In this document: piece after piece, positions 25,151-39,374 of the stretch
How positions within the stretch are numbered: position 1 is the first letter of the stretch
Layout: the number at the start of each line of letters is the position of its first letter
Made by a program: the position numbers and the translations under genes
From: Eledone cirrhosa
Lineage: Eukaryota
Assembly (NCBI GenBank): GCA_964016885.1
Contig: OZ024741.1
Location: forward strand, 325,686,001 to 325,750,000
Direction of reading: 5' to 3'
DNA: 64,000 nucleotides
Notes under the pieces: generated by a model
The model's input: the letters and a program-made list of their open reading frames with translations, nothing else
Database searches by the model: none
What the model was told of the DNA's origin: nothing

Positions 25151-28100
25151 ATGGCCAATATAAGAGATGGATGTGTGAACGTACGCGGCCTGGGGATGCC
25201 CTGGAAACAGGGCAAACTCTTAAACGACCTCAGGTGGCACAGTATGGATGTGGTAGCCATTTGCGAGTCTAGGATCCACGGCGAGCGACAGCTGGCCCCC
25301 ATCTTCGATGACTTTGAGATCTACGCATCTCTCTGTCAACCGGGGGGTGGGGGCGGAGTTGCCGTTTTGCTGCGGAAACACCTGGGCCTCGTAACACAGA
25401 CAGTACATCTGGACCCGGAGGGTCGACTGGTGGTCCTAGACGTTGACGGTAGTGAAGGTGGAGCCTTCAGGCTGGTGGCCGCATATGTCCCATCCGGGAC
25501 ACCGCGGCCAGACTTCTTCAAACGTCTAGAGACTTTTCTGGGAACGTCCCGCTCCTTGCTTTTAGTGGGGGACTAGAATGGAATCCTAGATGCACGTTGG
25601 GACAATGTGGGAGCATGTCCCGAAAAAGGGGGGTGTAACAGCCTCAAACAGTTAATCGACCGATTTGACCTGGCCGATAGATATCGACTAGATTTTCCGA
25701 CTGCGCCACTGTGGACGTGGAGTAATCGTAGCGGAACATCTAGATCGTACCTAGATAGGGTTCTAGTTAGAAATAAGGATAGGGACATGTTAAGCTGTCC
25801 ACAAATGTTCATGGTTGCCTATTCAGATCACAAACTAGTGACCTGCATGGCCAACCTTGATAGAACCCATAGACAAGGACCCGGCTACTGGAAGCTGAAC
25901 TTGTCGTTACCGACAAGCAAAGCCTACAGTAGACGGATTAGCACTTTAGTTAAACAGCACTTGACAGGGGCCATTGTCAACAACAGATGGTGGTACTCTC
26001 TCAAGAGGGCAGTTAGATTAGACTCGATAGTTTTTAGTAAAGAATTAGCGTTAGATAGAAATAGAACCGAGAAGGAACTGGTAGATAAAGTAGAAGAGGC
26101 AATTAGAAGTGGCAACGTAGCCAGTGTGCTAGCAACGAGAACGGCCTTGGACCAGTTCTTCGACGCAAAGCACGAGGGCTGCGTTGTCAGAAGCAAAATA
26201 CGTGCTCTGGGAAACGAGGGAGCCAAAGCTGTTAGCTGGGCCCGAGTGACGGAGGCAAAAAGTGGCAACAAGTCCACGATTCGGTCTTTGAAGGACCAAA
26301 ACGGACGCATGATACGTGAGCCGAAGCAGATGTGTGCGGCTTTTCAGCGGCATTTTGCTCGGCTGTTCGGGGGGAGCGACACCCCGGGAGAGGCTATGGA
26401 TTTCGGTCCATACCTCGACGGCCTACCGCGACTCTCGGACAGCGAGGCAAAGTTCTGCGAAAAGCCGATTTCAGCCACTGAGATAGGGGACGCGCTGAGC
26501 CAATGCGGCAAACGCAAATCTCCAGGTCTCGACGGTCTACCCTACGAATTTTACGTAGCAATGCCGGACTTATTCTCCGGTCTCCTGGAAGCGGTCTACT
26601 GCAACTGGCAACAGAACGGGAGAATTCTCAGTTCTGTAACCGGGAGCGTGGTCACACTAATCAGGAAGGACGAGAATAAGGGGGATGCCATAGGCAACTT
26701 CCGGCCCATAACTCTGCTAAACACAGAGTTACAGATTTTGGCCAAGGTGTTGTCAAAGAGGCTGGCGCTTGTCGTCGAGAACCTGGTGGGAGAAGCGCAG
26801 ACATGCGCAATCCCGACCAGGTCCATACACGATAACCTCCACCTCATGCGATACATCATAGAGAGGGTAGGGTGTAAACCCGGCTTCGGTGGGGCCCTGA
26901 TCAACTTGGATCAGTCTAAGGCCTTCGATAGGGTTGACCATCGTTACCTGGATGCGGTGCTCGAGGCGGCAGGCTTCGGACCCGTGTTCAGGGGCTGGAT
27001 TGCTGCAATGTACAACAGCAACATCTGCTCAAGGGTCAAGGTGAACTGCTACCTCTCGGAGCCGTTCCATATTACGCGATCCATTCGACAGGGATGCCCT
27101 CTCTCCTCCCTTCTGTACGTACTGACTCTCGAGCCACTACTGCGGAAGCTGGAGCTATTGCAGGGCATCCCTCTGGAACCGGGACTGTGGAAAGCGGCGT
27201 CGGCCTACGCCGACGACGTGACAGTAATGGTGTCGAGCGCCTCGCAAATCGAGGAAGTCGGCACCTTACTGAAGGAATACGAAAGTGTCACAGGAGCGAA
27301 GCTGAACCGGGACAAGTCCATCGGTTTGCAACTTGGATCGTGGAGAGGCAGACCGATGCCTTCCGATGGCGTCGTCGGACGCTGGACGGAAGGACCGGTA
27401 AAGCTGCTCGGGGTCTGGTTTAGTCCGGACCTCCAGGTGGAGAAGAACTGGAACGAAGTGACGGCCAAGGTGTTTGCACTCACCCAGAATTGGGCCGAGT
27501 GCAAACTATCCTTGAAAGGTCGAGCGGAGGTGGCGAACACTTTTATAGCGTCCGCCATCTACTACCGCTTGACCGTCGTGCCTTGTCCAGCCAAAACGCT
27601 CGCCAAAATGGAGCGCGCGCTCTTCCGATTCCTTTGGAAGAGGCGGGCTTCTTTGGTGAGAAGATCCATCTGCTGCCAACACCCTTCTAGCGGAGGGCTG
27701 GGGAAGCCGTGCCTGACGATGCGCAAACACGCGCTCAGGCTGCGGCATCTCTACGTATTCCTCACCGGACAACCGGTGTGGGCCCCGTTCGTGAGGCGAG
27801 CTGCAGTCCTGGGTCAAGCAAAGACCGAGGAAAATGGGCGACTGGCTCATCGAATGTGCTCAGGCGCTCACAGCCCTCTGGCAGGCGGACCCGGCGATCA
27901 GTGGAGACTCCACTTCGTCATTCTATAGAGGGTTGGTCCGCAGCAAGTGCGACGACGCGCTCGGTGAAACTCTAGGCGTAGAGGAAGATGAACTGGCTAG
28001 TCTGTTCGGTAGGACCTTCCGCCCGGGACCGATGGACAACTTCCAAAAGTCCCTGGCCTGGCAGTGCTACCGAGGAGCTCTACCAGTTCGAGACAAGCTC

Positions 28101-28559
28101 TACAGACATGGGCGCCCGGGAAGGGACCCTGCAAAAAAGATCTGTCCGAGGTGCGTGCGAGACGAAGAAACCGTCGCGCCCGCATTCATACACTGCCCGG
28201 GCGTCACTGACCTGTGGGGCTATGTAGAACGACTATTGTCGCGGGTGGGACCAATCCAGTTGACCACCGAGTCCATTGTCATGATCAAACCGCCACCCTC
28301 CTTCAAAAACGAAGGAGTGGCGGTTTTCCTTTGTGTGATAGCTATGGCGAAAGAGGTTGTATGGTGGACAAGGTTGAAAGGGCTGAGGTCAGACACCTTT
28401 CTCTCCGGCCAACAACTGATTCTTTTTTTCAAATACCACTTTGGAAGAAGAATCAGGATGGAGAGAGAGGTGCTGTACCCCAGCAAGTTTTATGAAAGGT
28501 GGGTGAAAGTGGCGAGAATGGCCCGAGTGAATGGGCCTTCTCTCTATATCAGCCTGTAG
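25151..28559 (+). pseudogene. E8 ORF2 with TGG>TAG at 25574-25576 and a 29-nt deletion near 27800
   Basis: Comparison with E13; the deletion lies between two CGAGC repeats. Confidence 0.93.
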
Positions 28560-28798
28560 GTTGAGGAAAAGAAGGAGGAGAGGAAGGGAGTACAAACTCT
28601 TCGTACTCCTGGAGATGAGGGTTTCACATTTTTTTTCGGGGGTATGTGTTACCCATATAAACTGTCTCCCTCTATTGGGGAAAATCGACTAACTTTTTAA
28701 ATTCCATTTGTGATAACATTTTACACGTTTTTATTGTATGTAAACTTCCCCCTTTGTATTTGTCCCCTTCTTTTGTTCCCCTGTGGCTAATAAAGAAA

Positions 28799-28841
28799 TA
28801 TATCTATCTATGTATCTATCTATCTAGCTAGCTATCTATCA
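28799..28841 (+). repeat. Degenerate (TATC)n tract ending array 1
   Basis: TATC units with TGTA/TAGC variants. Confidence 0.9.
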
Positions 28842-28859
28842 GCTCAACGACTTCCACAC

Positions 28860-29630
28860 ACATAAACATCAACCCCCACCATCACAACCTCCACCACAAC
28901 AACAATAACAACAACAATAACAACAACAACAGCAACAACAGTAATTAGCACTATCACCACCACGACCACTACCATCGCCACTACCACAACCATAACAATA
29001 AGAGCAGCAACCACCACTACTACCATGACCACTACCACCGCTACCACCACCACCACCACCACCACCACCACCACCACCACCAACAACACCACTACTACTA
29101 TCATCACAACAACAACCACCACTACCATAAACATCAGCCCTACTACCACCACAATCACTACAGCACAGCGCCTACCACATCACAATACTAAACCATAGTA
29201 CAACACATCATTACTATACCACTTAACATCATATCACATCATTATACCACACTACACCACACTACACCACACCACACCACACAACACCACACTACAACAC
29301 ACCACAACACACCACCATCCTCATTCAACGCTACACAACACTACAGGCACCACACCACACTACACCACACTACACCACACCACACAACACCACACTACAA
29401 CACGCCACAACGCACCAACATCCTCATTCAACACTACACAGCACTACAGGCACCACACCACACAACAACATACATCACATCACATCACACCACACCATAC
29501 CACACCACACCACACAACACCACACCACATCACAATGCCAAACCACCGTACAAAACAACATCATTACTACAGTACATGACACCGCACGCCCCTCCCGCCA
29601 CCAAACCACACCACAGTACTCCACACAACT
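28860..29630. repeat. Compound low-complexity repeat: (CAA)/(CCA)/(CTA) then (CACCA/CACTA)n
   Basis: Direct inspection; includes a ~100-bp internal duplication marked by CATCCTCATTCAAC. Confidence 0.9.
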
Positions 29631-30231
29631 CCTCACACCTTCCTACTTCTCACAAGTTTCTCAGGAAAAGTTTAGGTACATTAAACTGATGTACAAAGTT
29701 CGTAAAAAAAGCGGCCATCACTGTAACTCGTTTAGCCTCAGGTCCAAAATGTTTTAAAATACCGGCAGAGAAGCTGATCTCCGACATTGCGGCTGCTGCT
29801 GAGGAAAAACAACATCAACAGCAGCAACAACAAAGACTCAGAAAATCAAAACAAAGGCAAACGTAACAACAACAATTGCAACATCATCAACAACAGTAAC
29901 AACAACAAAAACAAAAACAAAGCAAAGACAAAAGCAACAACAACAACAGCAGCAAGAACAACAACAATAAAAGACATATACATTAATGTAATGTAGATTG
30001 AAGAGTTTTCTCTCTCGAAAACCAGATGGTCAATATCGATCTAAGTCATACAAGTTTTCAGACCGGACTGGTGGTGGTGTGATGGAGTTTGTGGTTGGGG
30101 TAGTGGTGATGGTGTTTGTGGTTGTGGTGGTCGTGGAAGTGTTGTTGTCGTTGATGAAGGTGGTGGTGATAGCGATGCTTTTCTTGGTAGTAGTGATGAT
30201 GGTGGTGTTGATGGGTTGACGAGATGATGTT

Positions 30232-30276
30232 TATCTAACTATCTATCTGTCTGTCTATCTGTCTGTCTGTTTACCC

Positions 30277-30351
<75 letters not shown>

Positions 30352-30354
30352 ATA

Positions 30355-30389
<35 letters not shown>

Positions 30390-30400
30390 TATATATACAG
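30232..30400. repeat. (TATC/TGTC), (TC)n and (TA)n microsatellites
   Basis: Direct inspection. Confidence 0.92.
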
Positions 30401-30409
30401 TAAGAATGA

Positions 30410-30890
30410 AAATCAGTGGTGGGAAGACTCGTACTTTCAAGGAAATCTGCACTGAAGAAGTTGAAGTATCGTGGGGCCGTATTCACGAGTGTTGAAAGGC
30501 AGGAGGCTGAATTAATGGGGTTCATTCGGAAGGTCTTTGGAGTAACATTACTCAATAGAGTGTGTAAATCGGAGATCAGAGAGTCGCTCCAGGTAGAGCC
30601 ACTACTTCTCCGAATTGAGAGATCATAGCTCCGATATTACAGGCATGTGGTTAGAATATCCCAGGGAAGAATCACTGGACAGATTTTCCGGACAAACCAA
30701 CCAACAGAAGACCAATGTGTAGACATCGAGAAAGATTCCTTGAATAACTTGCATGAGCTCAGCTGGTCTCGCTTGGGGATCCAGCCGGATCAATTGGAGA
30801 GGGTTGCTTCTGATAGGACACCCTGGTAGGAGTACTTGAGGATTTTCCCCTACAGCCCTCTCAGGAATATGCGGACGTAAAAGAAGAAAA
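30410..30890 (+). mobile_element. RTE-like LINE 3' fragment, degenerate
   Basis: LKYRGAVFTS...EAELMGFIRKVFGVTLLNRVCKSEIRESLQVEPLLLRIERS*LRYYRHVVRI resembles the RTE ORF C-terminus (KYLG; EM.FLR.I.G.T..D...N..IR; LRW.GHV.RM). Confidence 0.75.
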
Positions 30891-30895
30891 GATTA

Positions 30896-30896
<1 letters not shown>

Positions 30897-30943
<47 letters not shown>

Positions 30944-31028
30944 TAGATCTTTATATATATATATCTATATATATCTATATATATCTATATATATCTATAT
31001 ATATCTATATATATCTATATATATATAT
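30897..31028. repeat. (TA)n and (ATATCTATAT)n
   Basis: Direct inspection. Confidence 0.92.
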
Positions 31029-31269
31029 GGACACTTTTTATTTAAGTGAATTTTCTCATCGACAATCTAATTAAAGTTAATCGCCTCCAAGATTGTTATG
31101 CAATGAGTATACTAATGGAAATAGAGATGTTTATACTTAAAGAAGAATGCATACTCAATAGCGTGTGCATATCCTTTGTTATAAAATTACATGAAATAGT
31201 GAACTTAGCTGACAGTACCACTTTTACGGATCACTACCACCAGTCTAAAAAAAGGTTGCTGGGCGTTGC

Positions 31270-31528
31270 ATCCGCCAACCAGAAGAGACAGCATCTAAAC
31301 TTGTGCTCTGGAACCGACGGTCGGACGAAGAAGCGTGGGAATACAAGCCGTCTCATTCATTGATACCCTGCTGAGAGATGCCAACATTGATAACATCGAT
31401 GAACTGAGAAATGTCATGCTCGACCGGGATGATTGGAGAGAGCGTGCTGTATCTTTGTGAGTGTAAACTCGGCCGAAGAAGAAGAAGAAGAAGAAGAAGA
31501 AGAAGAAGAAGAAGAAGAAGAAGAAGAA
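31270..31528 (+). mobile_element. Short LINE 3' end (RTE-like) with (GAA)n tail
   Basis: Translates LVLW.P...GRR...FIDTLLRDANIDNIDELRNVMLDRDDWRER, followed by (GAA)n at 31475-31528. Confidence 0.65.
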
Positions 31529-31611
31529 CCGCTGATATAGTGAGTGATTTGAGAAAAAATTAAGCCGCTATATCTAGCCGATGAAACAACCACGTAGAAG
31601 TTCCATTATGT

Positions 31612-31830
31612 TACCGAGATGGTAGATTGGCGGTATAGCTAGGGAGTCAGACAATAAGCTTCGCAGCATAGGGTTACGGCCTTTTATGATCTGATTTCAA
31701 ATCCCGCAAACGTTAACTTTGCCGTTCATCCTTACGGGGGTCGATAAAATAAAGTACCAGTCACGCACTGGGTCGATTTGATCGATTTTCCTCTCCCCCC
31801 CCCCAAATTGCTAGCCTTCTACCTATATAC
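31612..31830 (+). mobile_element. tRNA-derived SINE (Meta-domain-like), copy 1
   Basis: B-box-like TTCAAATCCC followed by TTTGCC.TTCATCCTTACGGGGGTCGATAAAATAAAGTACCAG; at least 8 related copies in this window. Confidence 0.8.
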
Positions 31831-31854
31831 GAAGCCATCATTTTACCGAGGTAT

Positions 31855-32058
31855 AGGGCAGTAGATTGGCGATGTAGCTAGAAAGTCAGACAATATGCTT
31901 TGCGGCATATAGTTACGCCCTTTTATGTTCTGAGTTCAAATCTCGGCGAGGTTAACTTTCCCTTTCATCCTTTTGAGTTCGATAAAATACACTACCAGCA
32001 ACACACTGGGGTCGATTTCATCGACGTTCACCTTTCCTTCAAATCGCTAGTCTTGTGT
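31855..32058 (+). mobile_element. Same SINE family, tandem copy 2
   Basis: GAGTTCAAATCTCGGCGAGGTTAACTTTCCCTTTCATCC. Confidence 0.8.
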
Positions 32059-32654
32059 TTATATTTTTTCTTCTTTTTCTTGACTTGCTCATCAAAAAAT
32101 TTGATTTATGCCATGAAATATAAAGAATGTAATGAAGATTAACTGGATGATAATTTAGTCACGTTATTTATGTAAGAAAGGAAATAAATAATGTCTATAT
32201 ACATAATAAACACAACCACAAGGATATGGTCTGAACGTAGAAGAGCCGAACTCCCACTGTCATCGCCCTCCCCATCTCTCGGTATGGTGAACAAATGGGG
32301 TCCCACGTGCTGGCCTTCCCACAGCACCGGCGGACAGAATGGAGAAGGTGTTTTGCCGGAGGATGGTAAGGGAGATACGCTGGAATATGAAACCATTATT
32401 TTACCCAGGTATGCGAATCTTTTTGAATAAAGTGATTTCTTTTTCAAGTTGAAATTGAAATGGAATCGTATAATTCTTCTATCCCGCCGCCATCCAGGCA
32501 TGACATAAACAATTGCAGAATATTTAATTAAATATTAGTCACATATTAACAATGAAATAAGGTGAACGTCTGTAATTTGAGAAGTAAACACTTCAACATT
32601 TATTGAAATACTCCGATAACAGAAGAAATCAGTTTGATAGAAAGTAGAATGAGC

Positions 32655-32920
32655 CGATGACGATGACGACGATGACGACGATGATGATGATGATGACGAT
32701 GATGATGATGACGATCATGATGATGATGATGATGATGATGACGATGATGGCGATAACGATGATGATGATGATGATGATGACAACAACGACGACAACGATG
32801 ACGTCAACGATGACGACGATAACGATGACGATGATTAAGATTATGATGATGATAAGGCTGATGGTGATGAGAAAGATAAGGAAGAAGATAAAGACAATGA
32901 GGCAGCAGTAGCAGAAGAAG

Positions 32921-32979
<59 letters not shown>

Positions 32980-33000
32980 GTAGTAGTAGTAGAAGAAGAA
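32655..33000. repeat. (GAT/GAC)n, (GAA)n, (GTA)n trinucleotide repeats
   Basis: Direct inspection. Confidence 0.92.
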
Positions 33001-33172
33001 AGAAAAAATATGAAGAAAAATGAAATGAAAACGGGTAAAAAATCTGAAAGTTGAATGAAAAGTGAGTCGTCAGCCATTGTAAGATGTTTAATGAAATGTT
33101 AGCCACATATTAACAATGGAATATTAATTTTTAGCAATTTTAAAAGTAAATATTGTTTATTAATATCATTAT

Positions 33173-33352
33173 AGGGCGAGGGTTTGGCAGTATCGGTAGA
33201 GGGTCGGACACCATGCTTTGCAGCATAGAGTTACGTCCCTTTACGTTCTGAGTTCAAATCCCGCTGAGGTTAACTTTGCCTTTCATCCTAACGGGGTCGA
33301 TAAAATAAAGTACCAGTAATGCACTGGGGTAATTGCTGGCCTTGTACCAAAA
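33173..33352 (+). mobile_element. Same SINE family
   Basis: GTTCTGAGTTCAAATCCCGCTGAGGTTAACTTTGCCTTTCATCCTAACGGGGTCGATAAAATAAAGTACCAG. Confidence 0.85.
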
Positions 33353-33369
33353 GTGTGGATTGGCATATC

Positions 33370-33890
33370 ATATTGATGATGATGGTGATTGTAGTAGTGG
33401 TGCTGGCAATGATGAGAACGATGGCGATGATGATGGTAGCGATGGTGATGAAGATGATAATGATAATGACGACGATGATGGCGATTGCGGTTATGGTAGT
33501 GGTGGTAGTGAGGATGAGGACAATGTGAATGATGGTGTGGATTATGATGATGATGATGATGATGTTAATGATGATGATGGTAATGATAATGATGACGATG
33601 ATGGTGGTGGTGTAGATGAGGACGATGAAGATGGTGATGTCAATGACGGTCATGATGATTGTAGTGGTGATGACGATGGTAATGATGGTGGTTGTAGTGG
33701 TGGTGGTTGATGATGATAGTTATGATAATGACGACGATGATGGCGATGATGATGATATTGATGATGATGATGGTAGTAATGGTGAGGATGATGGTAATGA
33801 TAATGATGACGATAATGTCGATGATAATGACGACGACGACGATGATGATGATGATGGCGATGATGATGATGATGTTGATAATGATTGTGT
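33370..33890. repeat. Degenerate (GAT/GGT)n low-complexity tract
   Basis: Direct inspection. Confidence 0.9.
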
Positions 33891-33939
33891 AACGATCATG
33901 TTTACCATACGATAATGAGGAGGAGAATAATAATTATTT

Positions 33940-34187
33940 CTACCTTAGGCACAAGGCCAGCAATTTGAACAGGAGGGAAAAGTCGATTAGATAGACCCTA
34001 CTCTTTTACTTGTTTCAGCCATTCGGCTGAGGCCATGCTGGGGCACCGCCCTTGGTACTAGTACTTTATTTTATCGATCCCGTAAGGATGAAGGGCAAAG
34101 TTAACCTCGGCGGGATTTGAACTCAGAACATAAAGATCAGGAACGAATGTTTACCCAACACTAACGATTATGCCAATCCATCACCCT

Positions 34188-34188
<1 letters not shown>
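33940..34188 (-). mobile_element. Same SINE family, reverse strand, followed by (AAT)n at 34189-34250
   Basis: Reverse complement of the core: GTACTTTATTTTATCGA..CCGTAAGGATGAAGGGCAAAGTTAACCTCGGCGGGATTTGAACTCAGAAC. Confidence 0.85.
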
Positions 34189-34249
<61 letters not shown>

Positions 34250-34744
34250 CAACAAAAATAACACCATCCCCTAATATTAGCCAAAAAAGGAAAAGAAAAT
34301 AACCACAGCTCTGTACAACGAGTGCAGCGAACCGTAACAATATGCAATTATTTATTCACGGTTCCTTACCATGACTAACTAATATTTTATATCTTTTGTT
34401 TTTCGATCTGCAAATGCTACATTCTGATTAGTTTATTCGTTTTATATTAGTGGAGGTGAGGGAAATGTATTTAATATTTCGCTATTTCGTAGCTAAAATG
34501 GTAAAGTGACACAGTCAGTAGAATGTCAGATAGAATGCTTTAAAGTATTTAATCCGGCGCTCTTGGTTCAAATACCGCCAACACCAGCGTTTGTTTGAAG
34601 TCGATAAATAAAGTATCAATTCAATACTGGGGATTATTCTCACCCCTCTCTCTTCACTAGAGTTAAGGGCTAATGGATGGTTTTCGTAACTAAAACAACT
34701 AACAGTAAAATTCAGAAATATTTATTCTATTTACCTTTTTATGG

Positions 34745-35154
34745 AGGGGGGGGGGGCAGATTAAGTGGCCCCCAGTTCGTTACAGGTACTTTATTTTATC
34801 GACCCCGTAAGGCTGAAGGACAAAACTAACCTAGACGGGATTTGAAATTAGAATGTAAAAGGCCGTAATTCAATGCTGCAAAGCATGGTGTTCGACGCTC
34901 TACCGATACGGTCAATCCACTGCCCTTTATTTACTTTTTAATAATGGTTTCTTATATAGGCAAAAGGCCAGCAATTTTTTGGGGGAGGGGAAAATCGACT
35001 CCCAGTGCATGACTGTTTCTTTATTTTATCGACCCCGTAAGGATGAATGACAAAGTTAAACTCGGCGGAAATTGAACTCTGACCGTAAAGGACCGTAACT
35101 CTAAGCTGCAAAGCATGGCGTCCGACTCTACCGATACTGCCAATCCACCGCCCT
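34745..35154 (-). mobile_element. Two tandem reverse-strand copies of the SINE (~34745-34926, ~34955-35154)
   Basis: Both have TTATTTTATCGACCCCGTAAGG and end CAATCCAC.GCCCT. Confidence 0.85.
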
Positions 35155-35644
35155 AATTTTCATTTTAATAATGAATCTGATAAATATAATTTTAATCGCA
35201 AATACGTATTTCTATCTTAACGGGAACTCATCAGCATTATACAACACTGAAAATTACCTTTTGAAAATATAGATAGTAATTACAGCGTGGGCGATTCATT
35301 TTTAACATTCAAAACTGTCGATTTCACTTTACATTTATGACCCACCTCTTGGTATCAAATTTGTTGACGTACATAGACTTCAAAGACACACTGTTTTGAA
35401 CTGTCAACATTTGAATTCGTGTTTTGTAATTTTATTTCCCCTTATTTTCTGTTCAATTTTCTTTCGTTATATTTTAGCATGTGTTGCTCATGATTTCGCC
35501 TAGAGGTATTTTTGTTTTCAAGCTCTGCAATCCATAAGTATCGCCACCACGTAAAAGTTATTTAACTGTGTATTTTTTCTCTCGAAACTTCTGCAATGGA
35601 ACGACAGATTTTTGTTTGAGAATATTTCATATTTTACTCAAGAG

Positions 35645-35795
35645 ATTAACTACGTCGCGCTGAATCTCCCTGAGAACTACGTTAAGGGTACGAGTGTCTG
35701 TGGAATGCTCAGCCACATGCACGTTCATTTCACAAGCAGGCTGTGCCGTTGATCGTATCAATTGGAACACTCGCCGCCGTATCCGACGGAGTGCC
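35645..35795. repeat. Interspersed repeat with a diverged inverted copy at ~36700-36820
   Basis: Reverse complement of 35660-35770 aligns by eye with 36704-36812 (TGTTCCA.TTG...CAACGG.AC...GACAC.CGTAC...TTCTCAGG.AGATTC). Confidence 0.7.
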
Positions 35796-36117
35796 ATTTG
35801 TTTTTTTATACTAACCTATACTCTCTTCTACACTATTTTCTAATATTTGGTCCAAGATATTATCGGTTCCTTTATTGATATTGTTCATCACATGGTATTT
35901 CATTTTAAAAATGTTGAAAAGAATTTTAATCAACATTAAAATCCAATCAATTTCCTATATTTCATTTCTATCATGTCTTGTCATCAATGAAATTGGCTGT
36001 TTTGTTTTGTATGATTTTCTTTTATTTAAAAACAACAAAAATCAATTACAAAAACAACAACAAAAAAAACATCTTAACAAATTTAAACAAAAAACAAAAC
36101 AAAATAAGTGTTAGGAT

Positions 36118-36365
36118 TAAGGCGGCAAATTGTCAGAGTCGTTAGTACGTTGGGTATTGGTTCTGGTTCCCTGCTCTCTGAGTTCAAATCCTGTTGACCT
36201 CAACTCTACTCTTCGTGCTTTAGAGGAATATAATATAAGTCCAGCGCAGGAGTCAACCTTACTCTATCTCTCGTTCTCTTTCTCTCTTTTTTCTCTTTCT
36301 CTTGAAGAAATCACCTGGTTTAAATGTCGGAGATACGTCATACAACACTACTACGTAGCCCTAAG

Positions 36366-36396
<31 letters not shown>

Positions 36397-36565
36397 CTTC
36401 TTCCTGCTTTGGGATATAGAGTTACATCCCTTTACGCTCAAATTTTACCAGAGTAGCTTTGCCTTTCATTCTTACGGGGTTTATTATATAAAGCACCAGT
36501 AATGCACTGAGGTCGATTTAATCAACTTTATCCTCATAATTTGTAGCCTTGTGCCTAAATCAGAA
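36118..36565 (+). mobile_element. Degenerate/interrupted SINE copies with an internal (CTT)n
   Basis: GAGTTCAAATCC near 36180; CTTTGCCTTTCATTCTTACGGGGT near 36457; (CTT)n 36367-36403. Confidence 0.65.
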
Positions 36566-37174
36566 ACTATTATTATTTGTAATTCGAGAACTTTTAAAAA
36601 GTCTTTTTTGAAATAAATCAAGGGGATATTTTTATTTTTATTATTCGTATATTATTAGTTAGTACACTGGACTGGGCTGGATCTCAGTCAGATTAGACAA
36701 TGAATGTTCCAGTTGTTCAACCAACGGAACGGCTTACCCTTGAAATTAACGTATAAGGGGCTAAACATTACAAAGACACACGTACTCTGAACTTAATTCT
36801 CAGGAAGATTCGCAATGAGATTTGTGTGTGATAAGCCTGGCCCGTTTAATGTCAGGTACAATTGATTTTTATTCTGTTGAGGGACTTGAGCGATCTGAAA
36901 TAATGTGTCGTCAGAAAACAAAATGGCGACAACACAATCGTGATTCAAATGCCTGTACAAATATGCTAAGCGTCTTCAGAATTTCTACAATAACGTATAC
37001 ATACACAGTAAAATAACGGTTACTCGAGCCTATAGGTTTCTACTGACGTCTGGCTGATAAGAAATACCATTGTGTCTGGAGAAGACAATCAGTATTATGT
37101 ATTTAGTTTGTAACTCGATTTTATTTTCAAATCTATCACTTCGTTTTAGCAGTACATATATATTATTTATTATT

Positions 37175-38261
<1,087 letters not shown>

Positions 38262-38268
<7 letters not shown>

Positions 38269-38612
38269 TCATTCAAAAATCGATGCAGGTTTTATGCTTT
38301 CATCAGTTTCAACACATTTTTTAAAAATAAACTCACGTAAGGTGTGTGAAAAAATTATGTAAAATTATGTAACATTTTAACGCTAATTGTATTTTATTTA
38401 TTTCTGTGTAATTTGATTTTAACATATAATCCATTTTAATTCTTGTTCAATTCTTAGATTTTTCAATGTAAGATGGCAGAACAGGACTTTCGACAAGTTT
38501 ATTTATATGAGTATAAACTCGGTTACAGTTTTGCGCAAATGACTAGAAGCACCAATGACATTTTGAGCCAAAGAATTAATGAATACAGATTGTAACGTTG
38601 GTTTCATGGGAA
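38262..38612 (+). mobile_element. Mariner-like DNA transposon 5' remnant
   Basis: TA-TTAGATCATTCAAAAATCGATGCAGGTTTT resembles a mariner TIR at a TA run; ATG 38473 gives MAEQDFRQVYLYEYKLGYSFAQMTRSTNDILSQRINEYRL*RWF, like the Hsmar1-type N-terminal HTH. Confidence 0.6.
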
Positions 38613-38700
38613 TACACGACAATGATAGCAGAAAAAGACAGATATATCCCTTCTCATTAGCTAACTACTGAAAGTCGGTATGGTTTTTTATTATAATGTG

Positions 38701-38735
<35 letters not shown>

Positions 38736-38984
38736 ACACGCGTGTGTTTGTGCCTAGTGGGTTTTCTTCTGGCATTTGTGTAATTTGTGGAAAACACACA
38801 CTCTAGTCTACGTCACCATATTTTGTCCTATAACAATCACCTATGCACAGTTACTAGACTGCGGTCATACTGGAACACATCCTTGACTCAGTTGATCATA
38901 TCCATAGGACACTTACTTGGTTTATCTTCAAGTTTGGTTACTTATTTTATCGATTTTGTAGACTTGCTCAGTTACTGAACATAA

Positions 38985-38987
<3 letters not shown>

Positions 38988-39070
<83 letters not shown>

Positions 39071-39130
39071 AAACACACACATCCACTCATCCCCCACACA
39101 TGCACACACACACACATACACACAAGCACA
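38988..39130. repeat. (CA)n microsatellite
   Basis: Direct inspection. Confidence 0.93.
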
Positions 39131-39184
39131 GAAACATACGCATTCACCCAGTCCCCCCACACACATAAACTCACATACTTCCTT

Positions 39185-39328
39185 AGTTTCCTTCTACCGA
39201 ATTCCACTCACAATGCGCTGGCGAGCCCAAAGTTACAGGAGAAGAAACATGTCCAAGGTGCTGCGTAGAGAGACAGAACCCGGATCTATATGAATATTGA
39301 GCTTGCTCCTTAAGCACACTGCCACACA
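39185..39328 (-). mobile_element. Degenerate tRNA-derived SINE of a second family
   Basis: CCAAGGTGCTGCG...GAACCCGG (reverse B-box) and AATTCCACTCACAA. Confidence 0.5.
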
Positions 39329-39374
39329 TTCCTGTCTATTCGATTTTGTGTATATATAAAGAAATGATTTCTAG

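Larger units (their letters stand above)
22981..28798 (+). mobile_element. E8: full-length copy (subfamily C), ORF1 intact, ORF2 broken
   Basis: Near-identical to E13 over its whole length. Confidence 0.96.

Noticed and set aside
20117-28798. Segmental duplication of the B/C-truncated/C-full series seen again at 50263-60580
   Set aside because: Truncation points, the intervening E7 and the downstream neighbours differ; independent insertions of young subfamilies explain it better.
1-28841. Telomeric HeT-A/TART- or SART-like array, or a CRISPR-like repeat-spacer system
   Set aside because: No TTAGGG/TTAGG repeats, array 1 ends in ordinary interstitial DNA, and the 'spacers' are retrotransposons with no cas genes.
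31685-31710. tRNA genes suggested by B-box motifs
   Set aside because: No cloverleaf; they belong to dispersed SINE heads.
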